Below, piece after piece: positions 30,559-40,732 of a DNA stretch of 64,000 nucleotides. The position numbers and the translations under genes were made by a program. This stretch comes from Candidatus Cloacimonadota bacterium. Lineage in GTDB: Bacteria; Cloacimonadota; Cloacimonadia; Cloacimonadales; WRIO01. The notes below the pieces were generated by a model. That model ran no database searches, had not been told where the DNA came from, and saw only the letters and a program-made list of their open reading frames with translations. Location: the NCBI GenBank assembly GCA_029553545.1, contig JAKPKU010000170.1, forward strand, positions 4,621 to 68,620, in the 5' to 3' direction. Numbering within the stretch: the stretch's first letter is position 1; each line of letters begins with the position of its first letter.

Positions 30559-31890
30559 TCACCAAATTTCTGCTATGATTTGCTCGCCATCGGCTTTTAT
30601 AGCTTTTAACTTTACCAAATCACCCTTGTTTACAGCCTCTCTATCTGCTTTAAATTGAACTCTTACGAAATGATCAGTCATCCCATAGTAAACGTCATTT
30701 TCACTACCTTCAACAATACAAAGCAAAGGCGCTTTTATGTCAACCAGTTTTTTAGCATATTGTATTATTTTCTCGTGAGATAAGCTTATCAGAGCTTGGC
30801 TTCTCTCTTTAGCTGTATTGCCATGAACCTGATTAGGTAGCTTTGCAGCGACAGTACTTCTTCTTTTTGAGTAAATAAAAACGTGTAAGTATGTCAATGG
30901 CAAGCTTTTTAAAAAATGAAGAGTCTCAGCAAATAACTCATTTGTCTCGCCAGGAAACCCGACTATGACATCAAAACCAAAGGCAGCATCTGCCCTTTTG
31001 CTAATTATCTCTTGCACTAAATTACTGAAGAGGCGAGTATCGTATTTCCTTCTCATTGCTTGCAATATACTGTCAGAACCAGATTGAAGAGGTATATGAA
31101 AATGTGGACAAACTTGTTCATTCTCGCAAATAACTTTGATTAAATCTTCAGTAAAAAGCTGTGGTTCAACAGAACTAAGCCTTATTTTTTTATAACCTGG
31201 GATATCGCATATTACTTGAATAAGCTCTGCAAGGTTGTTAGCAATAGTATTCCTCTCTGAAAAATCTATTCCATATAAGCCCTGATTAATACCAGCCAAA
31301 ACGAACTCATGGTAGCCTTTTTTTATCATCTCTTCGACTTGAGCGATAATGGATTCTGGCATTCTACTACGCGGGTTTCCACGTGCATAAGGGATGGCAC
31401 AATAGGAACAATAGAAATTGCAGCCATCTTGTATTTTTATAAATGCACGGCTCTTCTCCCCCATTGAGCTCGAGGGCAATTCATCAAAATATATAAAGTC
31501 TTGTGCTTGCTGACATGACTCTATCGGCTCAGCATTATGCAAAAGCAACTTTTCAACAAGCTCAGGTATAGCGCTTTTATTGTTATTATCGATAATGGCG
31601 TCAATGTTTCCAAGCTCTTCTGCTTGCGCTTTTTCTCTTTGCACATAACAGCCACTAACAATTACAATCTTATTTGGGTCAGCTTCTTTAAGCTTTAAAA
31701 AATGTCTGATCACATTTCTACTCTTGTAATCTGTACGATTTGTAACGGTACATGAGTTGAGAATCAATACATCGGCCTCGTCTATCTGATTCGTGCTGGC
31801 AAAGCCTTTTTTGATTAACAAATCAAGAATCGCAGCTGACTCATATTGGTTGACCTTACAGCCCAAAGTTTCTATGAATACCTTTTTCAA
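30559..31890 (-). CDS. mtaB: tRNA t6A methylthiotransferase MtaB
   Basis: TLGCKVNQYES, IQDGCNFYCSYC.IPYARG radical SAM motif. Confidence 0.92.
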   Translation of the reverse strand: MKKVFIETLGCKVNQYESAAILDLLIKKGFASTNQIDEADVLILNSCTVTNRTDYKSRNVIRHFLKLKEADPNKIVIVSGCYVQREKAQAEELGNIDAIIDNNNKSAIPELVEKLLLHNAEPIESCQQAQDFIYFDELPSSSMGEKSRAFIKIQDGCNFYCSYCAIPYARGNPRSRMPESIIAQVEEMIKKGYHEFVLAGINQGLYGIDFSERNTIANNLAELIQVICDIPGYKKIRLSSVEPQLFTEDLIKVICENEQVCPHFHIPLQSGSDSILQAMRRKYDTRLFSNLVQEIISKRADAAFGFDVIVGFPGETNELFAETLHFLKSLPLTYLHVFIYSKRRSTVAAKLPNQVHGNTAKERSQALISLSHEKIIQYAKKLVDIKAPLLCIVEGSENDVYYGMTDHFVRVQFKADREAVNKGDLVKLKAIKADGEQIIAEIW

Positions 31891-32134
31891 TTATCATTCC
31901 TTTTTACTTTAATTAATACAATTATCTAAAAGATCTTTTTTAAGTCAATATTTATTTAATTGTTTTATTACAAATCAAAAGAGCAAATCTATTTTGACAA
32001 AGAATAAGACAGGATTGCAGCAAAAGGCTATCTGTTTCAGTTCATGTTCAGGTTATTCATATCAAGTCTTATTTTCTAATATTCCTATGAGATACAGCTT
32101 ACATCTCTCCCGCTGTTTTAATTATTCAATACTT

Positions 32135-32887
32135 TCAAAGAGTAAAAACATCTCCAACACCGTAGTAGTAACTGCCAAACTCATAGTGGAAACGGCTCAA
32201 CACTGAAAAATCAACGCAGTGCATAGGGCACAAATATGTGGGCTTTTCTTTGGTAAAATAATCTATTGTTGAATTAACAATGTCTGTATCTTTTTCTTTC
32301 AAGTGAAAACCACCAATCACAGCATATAGTTTTTGCCCTGTGACTTTTTTGGCATATTCACAGATATTACAAATACCTGAGTGGGAACAGCCAGTTATCA
32401 CCACGACACCTTGATCTGTGGAAATTGCCAGTGCAGTATCATCATTGATTGGCAGTCCTTTATAAGTGCCAGGTTCAAAGTGTGTAACGCGGGGTATTTC
32501 TCCTAAAAAGAAGACATTTTTACTTATCTCTATCGCTCTTTGTGACTCTATTACAGCAAACTTTTCCTGCAAATAAACCTTTTGTTCTACGGGTATTTTT
32601 GTCAGAATATCTGGGTGTAAAAAAAGCTTTTTCTTCTCTGCAAACTCAAAATGCAATAACCCTTCAAGATGATCCCAGTGATAATGCGACAAAGCTACAT
32701 AATCAACTCTGTTCAAGTCGATGCCCATTATCTCAGCATTTTGTGCAATAAAACCTTTATGTCCACTATCAAAAAGGATGTTTTTACCCTCTACTTCAAG
32801 AAAAAAAGACAGACCCCATTCAGCAATACATTGCTTTCTATGACTCATTGCAACGTGATTTTCGCTTATAATATTAATTCTAATCAA
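32135..32887 (-). CDS. MBL-fold metallohydrolase
   Basis: EWGLS, LFDSG, LSHYHWDH, TGCSHSG, GGFH; GGAGG RBS before TTG at 32887. Confidence 0.85.
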   Translation of the reverse strand: MIRINIISENHVAMSHRKQCIAEWGLSFFLEVEGKNILFDSGHKGFIAQNAEIMGIDLNRVDYVALSHYHWDHLEGLLHFEFAEKKKLFLHPDILTKIPVEQKVYLQEKFAVIESQRAIEISKNVFFLGEIPRVTHFEPGTYKGLPINDDTALAISTDQGVVVITGCSHSGICNICEYAKKVTGQKLYAVIGGFHLKEKDTDIVNSTIDYFTKEKPTYLCPMHCVDFSVLSRFHYEFGSYYYGVGDVFTL

Positions 32888-32962
32888 TTCATTCCTCCAT
32901 ATATAATCTAATCTACAAGAGGCTCTCTTGTCATTTTTTTTTATGGAATATTCTAAAAAATC

Positions 32963-32990
32963 TTGACAAAATGAAAAAAACAAGTATAAT
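32963..32990 (+). promoter_or_regulatory. Consensus sigma70 promoter
   Basis: TTGACA-16-TATAAT. Confidence 0.7.
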
Positions 32991-33064
32991 ATTACTCAAC
33001 ATAGAGGTGAAAACATTAACAAACAACTTTTTTAGCAAAACATGCCCATATAAAGGAGGAGCAA

Positions 33065-33457
33065 ATGTTTAGTGTAGATCAAACAAGTTATGGCGTAAAA
33101 ATCATGTTTTCAGGTGCAATGAACAAAGAAGAAATGTCTGTTTGGCTTGAAGAATCAAAGAGAATAACATCGAAGTTACCAAGTAAATTTGGAGTCTTTG
33201 TTGATATGCGAAATCTTAAACCTCTTGAAGCTGAGGCTCAAAAAGTGTTAGAAGAAGGTCAAAAACACTACAAAATCAAAGGAATGGAACGATCTGTAGT
33301 TATTGTCAATAATCCTATTGTAAAAATGCAGTTTACCAGGCTGGCAAAGCAAAGCGGCATTTATGAATGGGAAAGGTATATTGATGCTTCGCAACATGGA
33401 GATTGGGAAAAACGAGGCGAGGCATGGCTCACAAGCAGCATCGACCCCGATCATTAA
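33065..33457 (+). CDS. Small hypothetical protein, possibly STAS/SpoIIAA-like
   Basis: AGGAGG RBS, own promoter and terminator; VFVDMRNLKP pattern. Confidence 0.7.
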   Translation: MFSVDQTSYGVKIMFSGAMNKEEMSVWLEESKRITSKLPSKFGVFVDMRNLKPLEAEAQKVLEEGQKHYKIKGMERSVVIVNNPIVKMQFTRLAKQSGIYEWERYIDASQHGDWEKRGEAWLTSSIDPDH

Positions 33458-33479
33458 AGTATAATGGTTTTCTAAATAT

Positions 33480-33514
33480 GCTAAAGCCTCGCAATGGGCT
33501 TTAGCTTTTTTTTT
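33480..33514 (+). terminator. Intrinsic terminator
   Basis: gctaaagcc...ggctttagc plus T9. Confidence 0.8.
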
Positions 33515-33611
33515 ATCTTTTTTCCCATATAAGAGCAAGAATAAAGATTTTTATTGACTTTTTTACTACTTTTTAATTATATTATCTATATATTAAAATC
33601 AGGAGGAATGC

Positions 33612-35930
33612 ATGAACTTTAGCAATCAAATACCACGCACTTTACCAGTGATATACTTGAATAATATTGTTATGTTTCCATATCTGATGCTTCCTTTAGT
33701 AACTTCAGATGATAGAATAATAAAGATTATTGAACACTCAATGGCAAATGATAAAATACTTGCCTATTTTTTACAAAAAGATAGTAAAAACGCCTCTGAA
33801 ATTGAGGTTTATGAGTATGGTACTGCTGTTCGAATTTTGAGAATGCTGCGTAATAATGATGGATCTCTAAGCTTATTACTTCAAGGAGTAACGAGAATTA
33901 AGCTTGAAAAAGTTACTCAACATCAGCCATTTATGCTTGTTGAAGTAGAAACTATCGCCGAAAATCTCGATAGCAATCCAACCATCTTAGCTAACCGTAA
34001 AATCACACTTGAAATGCTCGATCAATTTGTCTTAGAATCTGAAGAGATGAACAAAGACCTAATCGTCGGCTTAAAGGCTATCAAGCAGCATGGAAGAGTC
34101 AGCGATATTATTGCTGGAAATATTCCTATAGATATAAGAATCAAGCAAAAGATACTGGAAACAAATGATTTAGTTGAAAGATACACTATTTTAAATCAAG
34201 AAATGGCAGAGCTTGTAAAAATCAAAAAAGTTGAGAATACAATTAGAAACAAATTACAGCTCGAGATGACTGAAGATCAGCGTAGATACTACCTCAAAGA
34301 GCAGTTAGAAGCAATAAGAAGAGAATTAGGTGAAGCAGATGAATCTTCTATCGAAGCCGAAGACCAAAGAAAAAAGGTAGAAGATGCCAATTTACCTCCC
34401 TATGTTTATGAAGTCGCCATGGAAGAGCTTAAGCGGCTGAGCATGATACCTCCTGCCTCCAGTGAATACAATGTTGTGCGTACTTATCTTGATTGGCTGA
34501 TAAATATACCATGGACAAAACATAGTAAAGATAGATTAGACTTGAAAGAGATTGAGCAAATCTTAACTAATGATCATTTTGGTTTAGAGCAAGTAAAAGA
34601 AAGAATCATCGAATTTATCGCTGTAAAAAAACTCAAGCAAGAGATAAAGGGACCCATACTATGCTTTACAGGACCTCCTGGCACAGGAAAGACATCCATG
34701 GGTAAATCTATTGCCAAGTCCATGAACCGTGAGTTTATTCGTATTTCTTTAGGTGGTATCCATGATGAAGCAGAGATTAGAGGACATCGACGCACCTATA
34801 TAGGAGCAATGCCTGGCAGAATTATTACAGAGATTAAGCGCTGTAAAACATCAAACCCTCTCTTCATGCTCGATGAAATAGATAAAGTGGGCAAAGACTT
34901 TCGTGGTGACCCTGCCTCAGCTTTATTAGAGGTATTGGATCCCGAACAAAACAGCACATTTGTTGACAATTATATCAATCTACCTTTTGATTTATCTGAT
35001 GTCTTTTTTATTACTACAGCCAATTCACTGGACACCATCCCCCCTGCTTTGAGAGACAGAATGGAAGTCATCAGCTTCTCCAGTTATATTGAAGAAGAGA
35101 AAGTTCAAATTGCACGAAAATATCTCATACCAAAAGAATTAGATAATAATGGACTAACTAAACAGAATGTACAGATTCAAACTTGCGCCATCAAAGAGCT
35201 GATACGCTATTATGTACGCGAATCAGGCGTACGGTCTCTACAAAGAACTATTGCCACTATCATGAGAAAGATAGCCAGAAAGGTTGCTGAAGGTGATGAA
35301 CAAAAAGTCGTTGTCACCAGCAAAAGAGTAAAAGACTATTTAGGAAGAAGAAAGTTTCAATTAGAGCTTGCCAATCGAAAGCCAGAAATCGGAATAGTTA
35401 CAGGGCTTGCCTGGACCTCTTTTGGGGGTGAAATACTCTTTTGTGAAACAACTCAAATGCCTGGCAAAGGGAACCTTATACTTACAGGATTGCTGGGTGA
35501 AGTGATGCAAGAAAGTGCCAAAATTGCACTTACTTATTTAAAGTCAAACTATAAGAAATATAAGATTAATATTGAAGAGTTGGAAAAAACAGATTTACAT
35601 ATCCATTTACCTTCAGGGGCTGTACCAAAAGATGGACCATCTGCAGGCGTGACCCTCACCACGTCGATTGCCTCTGTCCTCCTCAATAGCAAAGTAAGAC
35701 ATGACATCGCCATGACAGGTGAAGTCACGCTTTATGGCAATGTTTTGCCTATCGGTGGCGTAAAAGAAAAGTTCCTTGCAGCCAAGCGAGCAAACATCAA
35801 GAATATCCTTTTGCCCTATGCTAATCAAGACGATTATGAAGAATTACCAAGTGATATTAAAGAAGGGATTAAAGTGAAGTTTATCAAACATATAGATGAT
35901 ATTTTTTCTGAGGTATTTATCAAAGAATGA
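33612..35930 (+). CDS. lon: Lon protease
   Basis: GPPGTGKTS, RGHRRTYIGAMPG, PKDGPSAG. Confidence 0.97.
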   Translation: MNFSNQIPRTLPVIYLNNIVMFPYLMLPLVTSDDRIIKIIEHSMANDKILAYFLQKDSKNASEIEVYEYGTAVRILRMLRNNDGSLSLLLQGVTRIKLEKVTQHQPFMLVEVETIAENLDSNPTILANRKITLEMLDQFVLESEEMNKDLIVGLKAIKQHGRVSDIIAGNIPIDIRIKQKILETNDLVERYTILNQEMAELVKIKKVENTIRNKLQLEMTEDQRRYYLKEQLEAIRRELGEADESSIEAEDQRKKVEDANLPPYVYEVAMEELKRLSMIPPASSEYNVVRTYLDWLINIPWTKHSKDRLDLKEIEQILTNDHFGLEQVKERIIEFIAVKKLKQEIKGPILCFTGPPGTGKTSMGKSIAKSMNREFIRISLGGIHDEAEIRGHRRTYIGAMPGRIITEIKRCKTSNPLFMLDEIDKVGKDFRGDPASALLEVLDPEQNSTFVDNYINLPFDLSDVFFITTANSLDTIPPALRDRMEVISFSSYIEEEKVQIARKYLIPKELDNNGLTKQNVQIQTCAIKELIRYYVRESGVRSLQRTIATIMRKIARKVAEGDEQKVVVTSKRVKDYLGRRKFQLELANRKPEIGIVTGLAWTSFGGEILFCETTQMPGKGNLILTGLLGEVMQESAKIALTYLKSNYKKYKINIEELEKTDLHIHLPSGAVPKDGPSAGVTLTTSIASVLLNSKVRHDIAMTGEVTLYGNVLPIGGVKEKFLAAKRANIKNILLPYANQDDYEELPSDIKEGIKVKFIKHIDDIFSEVFIKE

Positions 35931-37423
35931 AAAACATAGCAAATGAATCCCTCTTTGAAGAAGCAACTAATACCCTTAATATCTTAATAGATGTAGAAAA
36001 GAGCTTTAGACCTAAGGCAGAATATGTATTTCGCACATTTTGCCGTATATTAGGCTTAAATCCGTCTTTTGAATACACTGAAGAGCGCCAAGAAGCACAT
36101 ATTTATTATGGACCTCCCACAAAAAAAGAATACCCTGTGATTATCACTCATAACCCAAATGCTGTCAAGTTCTTTTACGTGGAATTAGATGAGGCAAAAG
36201 ACTATACAATACCAGTTTACCCTAATGAAAAAGTCCGCTTTTTCAAATATGGCAATGAGTATATTCCTTTCTTATTCTCTCCTCCAGGGCAAATATTCTA
36301 CAATAGCGATAGATCTATTCTAATTAATAAAGATATCATTTCATCTGCTTTCTATTTCTTGACTTGTTGGCAAGAGTATACCGATGACAAAGAAATGTTT
36401 CCTGGTGATAGATATGACTTTAAATCCTCAATGCAGCATTATTGGGGTTTTACTGAAATACCTGTAGTTGACCGCTATTGCCACATGTTTGAATTGAGTC
36501 TTGAATACATACTAAAAAAGTTCTCTAAACAGAGGAAATGGCCTAATAAAAGCCTTTTTGCCATGACGATTTCTCATGATATTGACTACTGGAACTTTTG
36601 GACAAAAGATCATCTCAAGAGTAATATCCAATACAATAAAAAGAGAATAAAAGAGCAACCTATCAACTCTCTCTACAAGATTGTCGGACACTATCTTACC
36701 AAGAAATTTTCTTATAACTCAACCAAGATAATAAAAAAAATCAAGATGATGGAAGAAAGATACGAAGCTAATTCTACTTTTTTCCTTTTAGCAGGCTCCC
36801 AAGCCCTTGATAGACGCCAGGAGTACTTGTTTGACGAAAAATTGCTCAATGATGTAAAAGAAACGCTTCATGATAATGAAATTGGCTTGCACGGGACAAT
36901 GACAGCAGCATTTGATCAAGACACAATGAATGAAGAATATAAAAACCTCACTGATGCTGGTTTTGAAGCTATTGGTTATCGAAACCACTATCTGACTTTC
37001 GACTATCAAAAGTCTTTTTCTTTACTGGAAAAGGCTGGATTTAAGTATGATGCAACCCTCGGCTTTTGGGAAAACATCGGCTATCGTGCAGGGGTCTCAT
37101 TCCCTTTTCATCCATTTAATATTAAAGAAAACAAGCCTTTTAAAATCTTAGAAATACCACTCACAGTAATGGATACAACACTGTTTTCACCAAAAGCTAT
37201 GAAGCTCTCTGCAAGAAAGTCTTTCAAAGAAATAAAAAAACATATTCATAATGCCAGAAACAATTATTCGCACATTTCCATCCTTTGGCATAATACCATG
37301 TTCGACCCCATCGATTACCCTCATTGGGCGAAATTATACAATAAAACTCTACAATATGCCTATAAAAAAGATGCTTGGATCTGCTCTCTCAAAGATCTCT
37401 ACAATTTCTGGCAAGAAAACTAA
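35927..37423 (+). CDS. Polysaccharide deacetylase family protein
   Basis: ISHDID, EIGLHG, RNHYL, YDATLG, EIPLTVMD, LWHN. Confidence 0.8.
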   Translation: MKNIANESLFEEATNTLNILIDVEKSFRPKAEYVFRTFCRILGLNPSFEYTEERQEAHIYYGPPTKKEYPVIITHNPNAVKFFYVELDEAKDYTIPVYPNEKVRFFKYGNEYIPFLFSPPGQIFYNSDRSILINKDIISSAFYFLTCWQEYTDDKEMFPGDRYDFKSSMQHYWGFTEIPVVDRYCHMFELSLEYILKKFSKQRKWPNKSLFAMTISHDIDYWNFWTKDHLKSNIQYNKKRIKEQPINSLYKIVGHYLTKKFSYNSTKIIKKIKMMEERYEANSTFFLLAGSQALDRRQEYLFDEKLLNDVKETLHDNEIGLHGTMTAAFDQDTMNEEYKNLTDAGFEAIGYRNHYLTFDYQKSFSLLEKAGFKYDATLGFWENIGYRAGVSFPFHPFNIKENKPFKILEIPLTVMDTTLFSPKAMKLSARKSFKEIKKHIHNARNNYSHISILWHNTMFDPIDYPHWAKLYNKTLQYAYKKDAWICSLKDLYNFWQEN

Positions 37424-37438
37424 TTTAAAGGAAAACAT

Positions 37439-39553
37439 ATGAAAAGAAAAGCCTTATTATTCGTAAGTTTAGCAATTTTCAGCTATGTAATTGCATTACC
37501 AAAACCACCAGTAGCAACAAAACACCCCCAAGAAAAAGAAATGCACGATGTAAAATGGATAGATAATTATGACTATATGAGCAAAAGCGAAAGCATTAAT
37601 GAAACGGTAAAGTACATAAAGGCAGAGAATAAGTACACAAAGAAGATCAGTAAATCATTTGCCAAACTACAAAAGACTATCTACACGGAAATCAAAAGCC
37701 GCTTCAGAGAAAATGATTTAAGCGTGCCTTATCGCATTGATGACTGGCAGTACTATTATGAAGAGAGAAAAGGCGATGCCTATGGTGTCAGTTATCGAAT
37801 TAATATTTATACTCAAGAGAAACAAGTTCTAATTGACTCAAATAAACTGGCAAAAGGTCATAATTTCTACGATTTAGGGGAGTTTTCAATTAGCCCCAAT
37901 GACTCTATCTTAGCATATTCTGTCGATTATGAAGGCGCTGAACAATACACATTATATCTCAAGGATACAAAAACGGGAAAGCACTATAATGATACGATTA
38001 AAAATGTCGACTCAATTGTGTGGTTTAACGATAGCAAGACTTTTTTCTACACCAAACAAGACGATAAGTATATTCCCAATAAACTTTACAAACACGTTGT
38101 AGGCACAGACCCTGCAGAAGATAAGCTAATATTTGAAGAAAAAGACGATGCCTTTTATCTCTACCCCTCAAAATCAAGGAGTAAAGACATTATTTTTGTC
38201 AATACCAATAGCAAAACAAGCTCTGAAACATGGTATATATCAGCAAATAACCCGAATGATGAGCTAAAAAATATACACTTAAGAAAACCCAATATACAAA
38301 TCTACCCCGCACATTATGACAATAAGTTTTATCTTTATACAAGCGAGTTTGAGCCAAATTATCAGTATTATGAAGTGCAAGGAATTGACTTCAATGATAA
38401 AGAACTACTCTTCTCAGGTGACGAGTTCACTGTGCTGGAAGGCGTTTCACATTTCAAGGACTTCTATGTTTTATCAGAAAGAATAAATGGTCAAAACCGC
38501 ATTAGAGTTATCAATAAGAGCACAAATAATCAGCACTCATTAGATTTCGCAGCAGAAAATTATTCTGTAGAGCTAAGTGTCAATCCTGATGATAAAAGTG
38601 ATAGCCTCAGATTTAGTTATGATTCTTTAACAGAGCCTTCCATCCTCTACCAGATCAATATGAAAGAACTTGGGCAAACCAAAATAAGCGATTATAAGGT
38701 CTTGAGACATTATTTACCACTTGGCAATTACAAAAAAGAAGATTATGAGGAACAGCTTGTCTTTGTCGATCTCGCCGACGGGCAAAGAGTTCCACTGATG
38801 TTGGTATATAAAAAAGACCTCTTTACCGGCAATAATCCCTGCCTACTCACTGCTTATGGCTCATATGGCGACTCCGACGATCCCTACTTTTCTATCTCGC
38901 GTCTAAGCCTCTTGGATAGAGGTTGGATTTATGCTATTGCACAGATCAGAGGTGGTGGCAATTTAGGTAAGAGTTGGCATGATCAAGGCAAGCTTTTAAA
39001 TAGAAAAAACACCTTCGCTGATTTCATTACCTGCGCAGAATATCTAATTAAAAATGGCTATACCTCGCCACAAAAGCTGGCTATTGAAGGTGGCAGTGCT
39101 GGTGGAATGCTGATTGGTGCAGTTATCAATCAAAGACCTGAACTCTTTCGTACTGCCATTGCTGATGTGCCTTTTGTCGATGTGCTCAATACCATGCTTG
39201 ACAGTAGTCAGTCGCTAACTGTGACCGAATACGATGAGTGGGGCAATCCTAATGATAAAAAGTTTTTTGACTATATTGCCTCTTATTCGCCCTATGACCA
39301 AGTTGTAGCGCAGAATTACCCTCATCTCTTGATTACTGCGGGCTTTAGAGATACTCGTGTCACTTATTGGGAGCCTTTAAAATGGACAGCAAAACTGAGA
39401 GAAATGAAGACAGATAAGCATCTTCTCTTATTGAAAATGAATATGAATGAGGGGCATAGCGGGTCTGGTGACAGATATAGCATTTATAAAGACATTGCCT
39501 TTAGCTATGCTTTTTTAATTTGGACTATTGAACAAGAGCGTTTTGAAAAATAG
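37439..39553 (+). CDS. ptrB: Oligopeptidase B (S9A), with signal peptide
   Basis: YGSYG, RGGG, GGSAGG, DTRV, EGH catalytic motifs. Confidence 0.9.
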   Translation: MKRKALLFVSLAIFSYVIALPKPPVATKHPQEKEMHDVKWIDNYDYMSKSESINETVKYIKAENKYTKKISKSFAKLQKTIYTEIKSRFRENDLSVPYRIDDWQYYYEERKGDAYGVSYRINIYTQEKQVLIDSNKLAKGHNFYDLGEFSISPNDSILAYSVDYEGAEQYTLYLKDTKTGKHYNDTIKNVDSIVWFNDSKTFFYTKQDDKYIPNKLYKHVVGTDPAEDKLIFEEKDDAFYLYPSKSRSKDIIFVNTNSKTSSETWYISANNPNDELKNIHLRKPNIQIYPAHYDNKFYLYTSEFEPNYQYYEVQGIDFNDKELLFSGDEFTVLEGVSHFKDFYVLSERINGQNRIRVINKSTNNQHSLDFAAENYSVELSVNPDDKSDSLRFSYDSLTEPSILYQINMKELGQTKISDYKVLRHYLPLGNYKKEDYEEQLVFVDLADGQRVPLMLVYKKDLFTGNNPCLLTAYGSYGDSDDPYFSISRLSLLDRGWIYAIAQIRGGGNLGKSWHDQGKLLNRKNTFADFITCAEYLIKNGYTSPQKLAIEGGSAGGMLIGAVINQRPELFRTAIADVPFVDVLNTMLDSSQSLTVTEYDEWGNPNDKKFFDYIASYSPYDQVVAQNYPHLLITAGFRDTRVTYWEPLKWTAKLREMKTDKHLLLLKMNMNEGHSGSGDRYSIYKDIAFSYAFLIWTIEQERFEK

Positions 39554-39567
39554 AAAAAGAGGATAAT

Positions 39568-40527
39568 ATGAAAATAGGAATTGTTGGGGCAACAGGCGAA
39601 GTTGGACAAATGATGATCAAAAACCTTGAAGAATTCTCTGTGCCAGCTACAGAATTACGACTCTTTGCTTCTGCTCGCTCAGCAGGCAAAGAAGTCTTAT
39701 TTAATAAAAAAAGTTTAACTGTAGAAGAACTCACAGAAGGTAAAATGCGAGAGAAGTATGATTATTTATTATTTTCTGCAGGCTCTGCCATTTCCAAAGT
39801 CTTTGCTCCTATCGCTGCTGAAGCTGGCAATATTGTTATAGATAATTCCTCAGCCTTTCGTCGTGATAAAAATATTCCACTCATTGTACCAGAAATAAAT
39901 GGCGGGCAATTAAAGGGCTATCGTGGCATAATCGCCAATCCCAATTGCTCCACAATTCAAATCGCTTTAGCGCTCAATGTAATAAAGCAGCATTTTGACA
40001 TAAAAAGAGTAATCATCACCACCATGCAATCTGTCTCTGGTGCAGGGCATCACGGTATTGCTATTTTGGAGGAGCAACGCAAAGGCTCAACTGATATAGG
40101 TATCTTCCCGCAACACATTGACTTAAATGTCATACCACAAATCGGCGCATTCGAAGATGATAGTTATTGTGAAGAAGAACATAAATTACAATTTGAAATG
40201 CAAAGAATTCTCTCAGCACCTGATCTTGAGATAAGCTCCACAGTCACACGTGTGCCTGTCATGCGAGGGCACTCAGCCAGCGTTTTTGTTCAGCTTCAAA
40301 AAGAAATTGAGATAGAGAAGCTTCATGAAGCCTTCAAAAACTCTCCAGCAATTCAGTACAATGAAGATTATATGACCCCCTATTATCTGAATAATTCCAA
40401 TGATTCTCATGTCTCTCGCCTGCGTTATGCCTTTGATAAGAGCTCGATACAATTCTGGAATGTGGCAGATAATGTACGCCTGGGTGCCGCTACTAATGCT
40501 GTCAAAATAATGTTAAATATGAGATAG
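39568..40527 (+). CDS. asd: Aspartate-semialdehyde dehydrogenase
   Basis: GATGEVG, DNSSAFR, ANPNCSTIQ, RVPV..GH, DNVRLGAA.N. Confidence 0.95.
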   Translation: MKIGIVGATGEVGQMMIKNLEEFSVPATELRLFASARSAGKEVLFNKKSLTVEELTEGKMREKYDYLLFSAGSAISKVFAPIAAEAGNIVIDNSSAFRRDKNIPLIVPEINGGQLKGYRGIIANPNCSTIQIALALNVIKQHFDIKRVIITTMQSVSGAGHHGIAILEEQRKGSTDIGIFPQHIDLNVIPQIGAFEDDSYCEEEHKLQFEMQRILSAPDLEISSTVTRVPVMRGHSASVFVQLQKEIEIEKLHEAFKNSPAIQYNEDYMTPYYLNNSNDSHVSRLRYAFDKSSIQFWNVADNVRLGAATNAVKIMLNMR

Positions 40528-40732
40528 AAGCAAAAGAGACGGCAGATTAAATCATCTCGCTCAATGAAATCAGCATAGATTTTCACCATTATAAGCAAGT
40601 AAATCCCTCTTCTATACACATACAAAAACTCGATCCCTGAATGAGGGACCGAGTTAAATATCATTAATATTTCTTTGCTTATTTATAACGAGATAAGGTG
40701 ATATTCTTTCTTACTCACATGGTGCGAGAAAG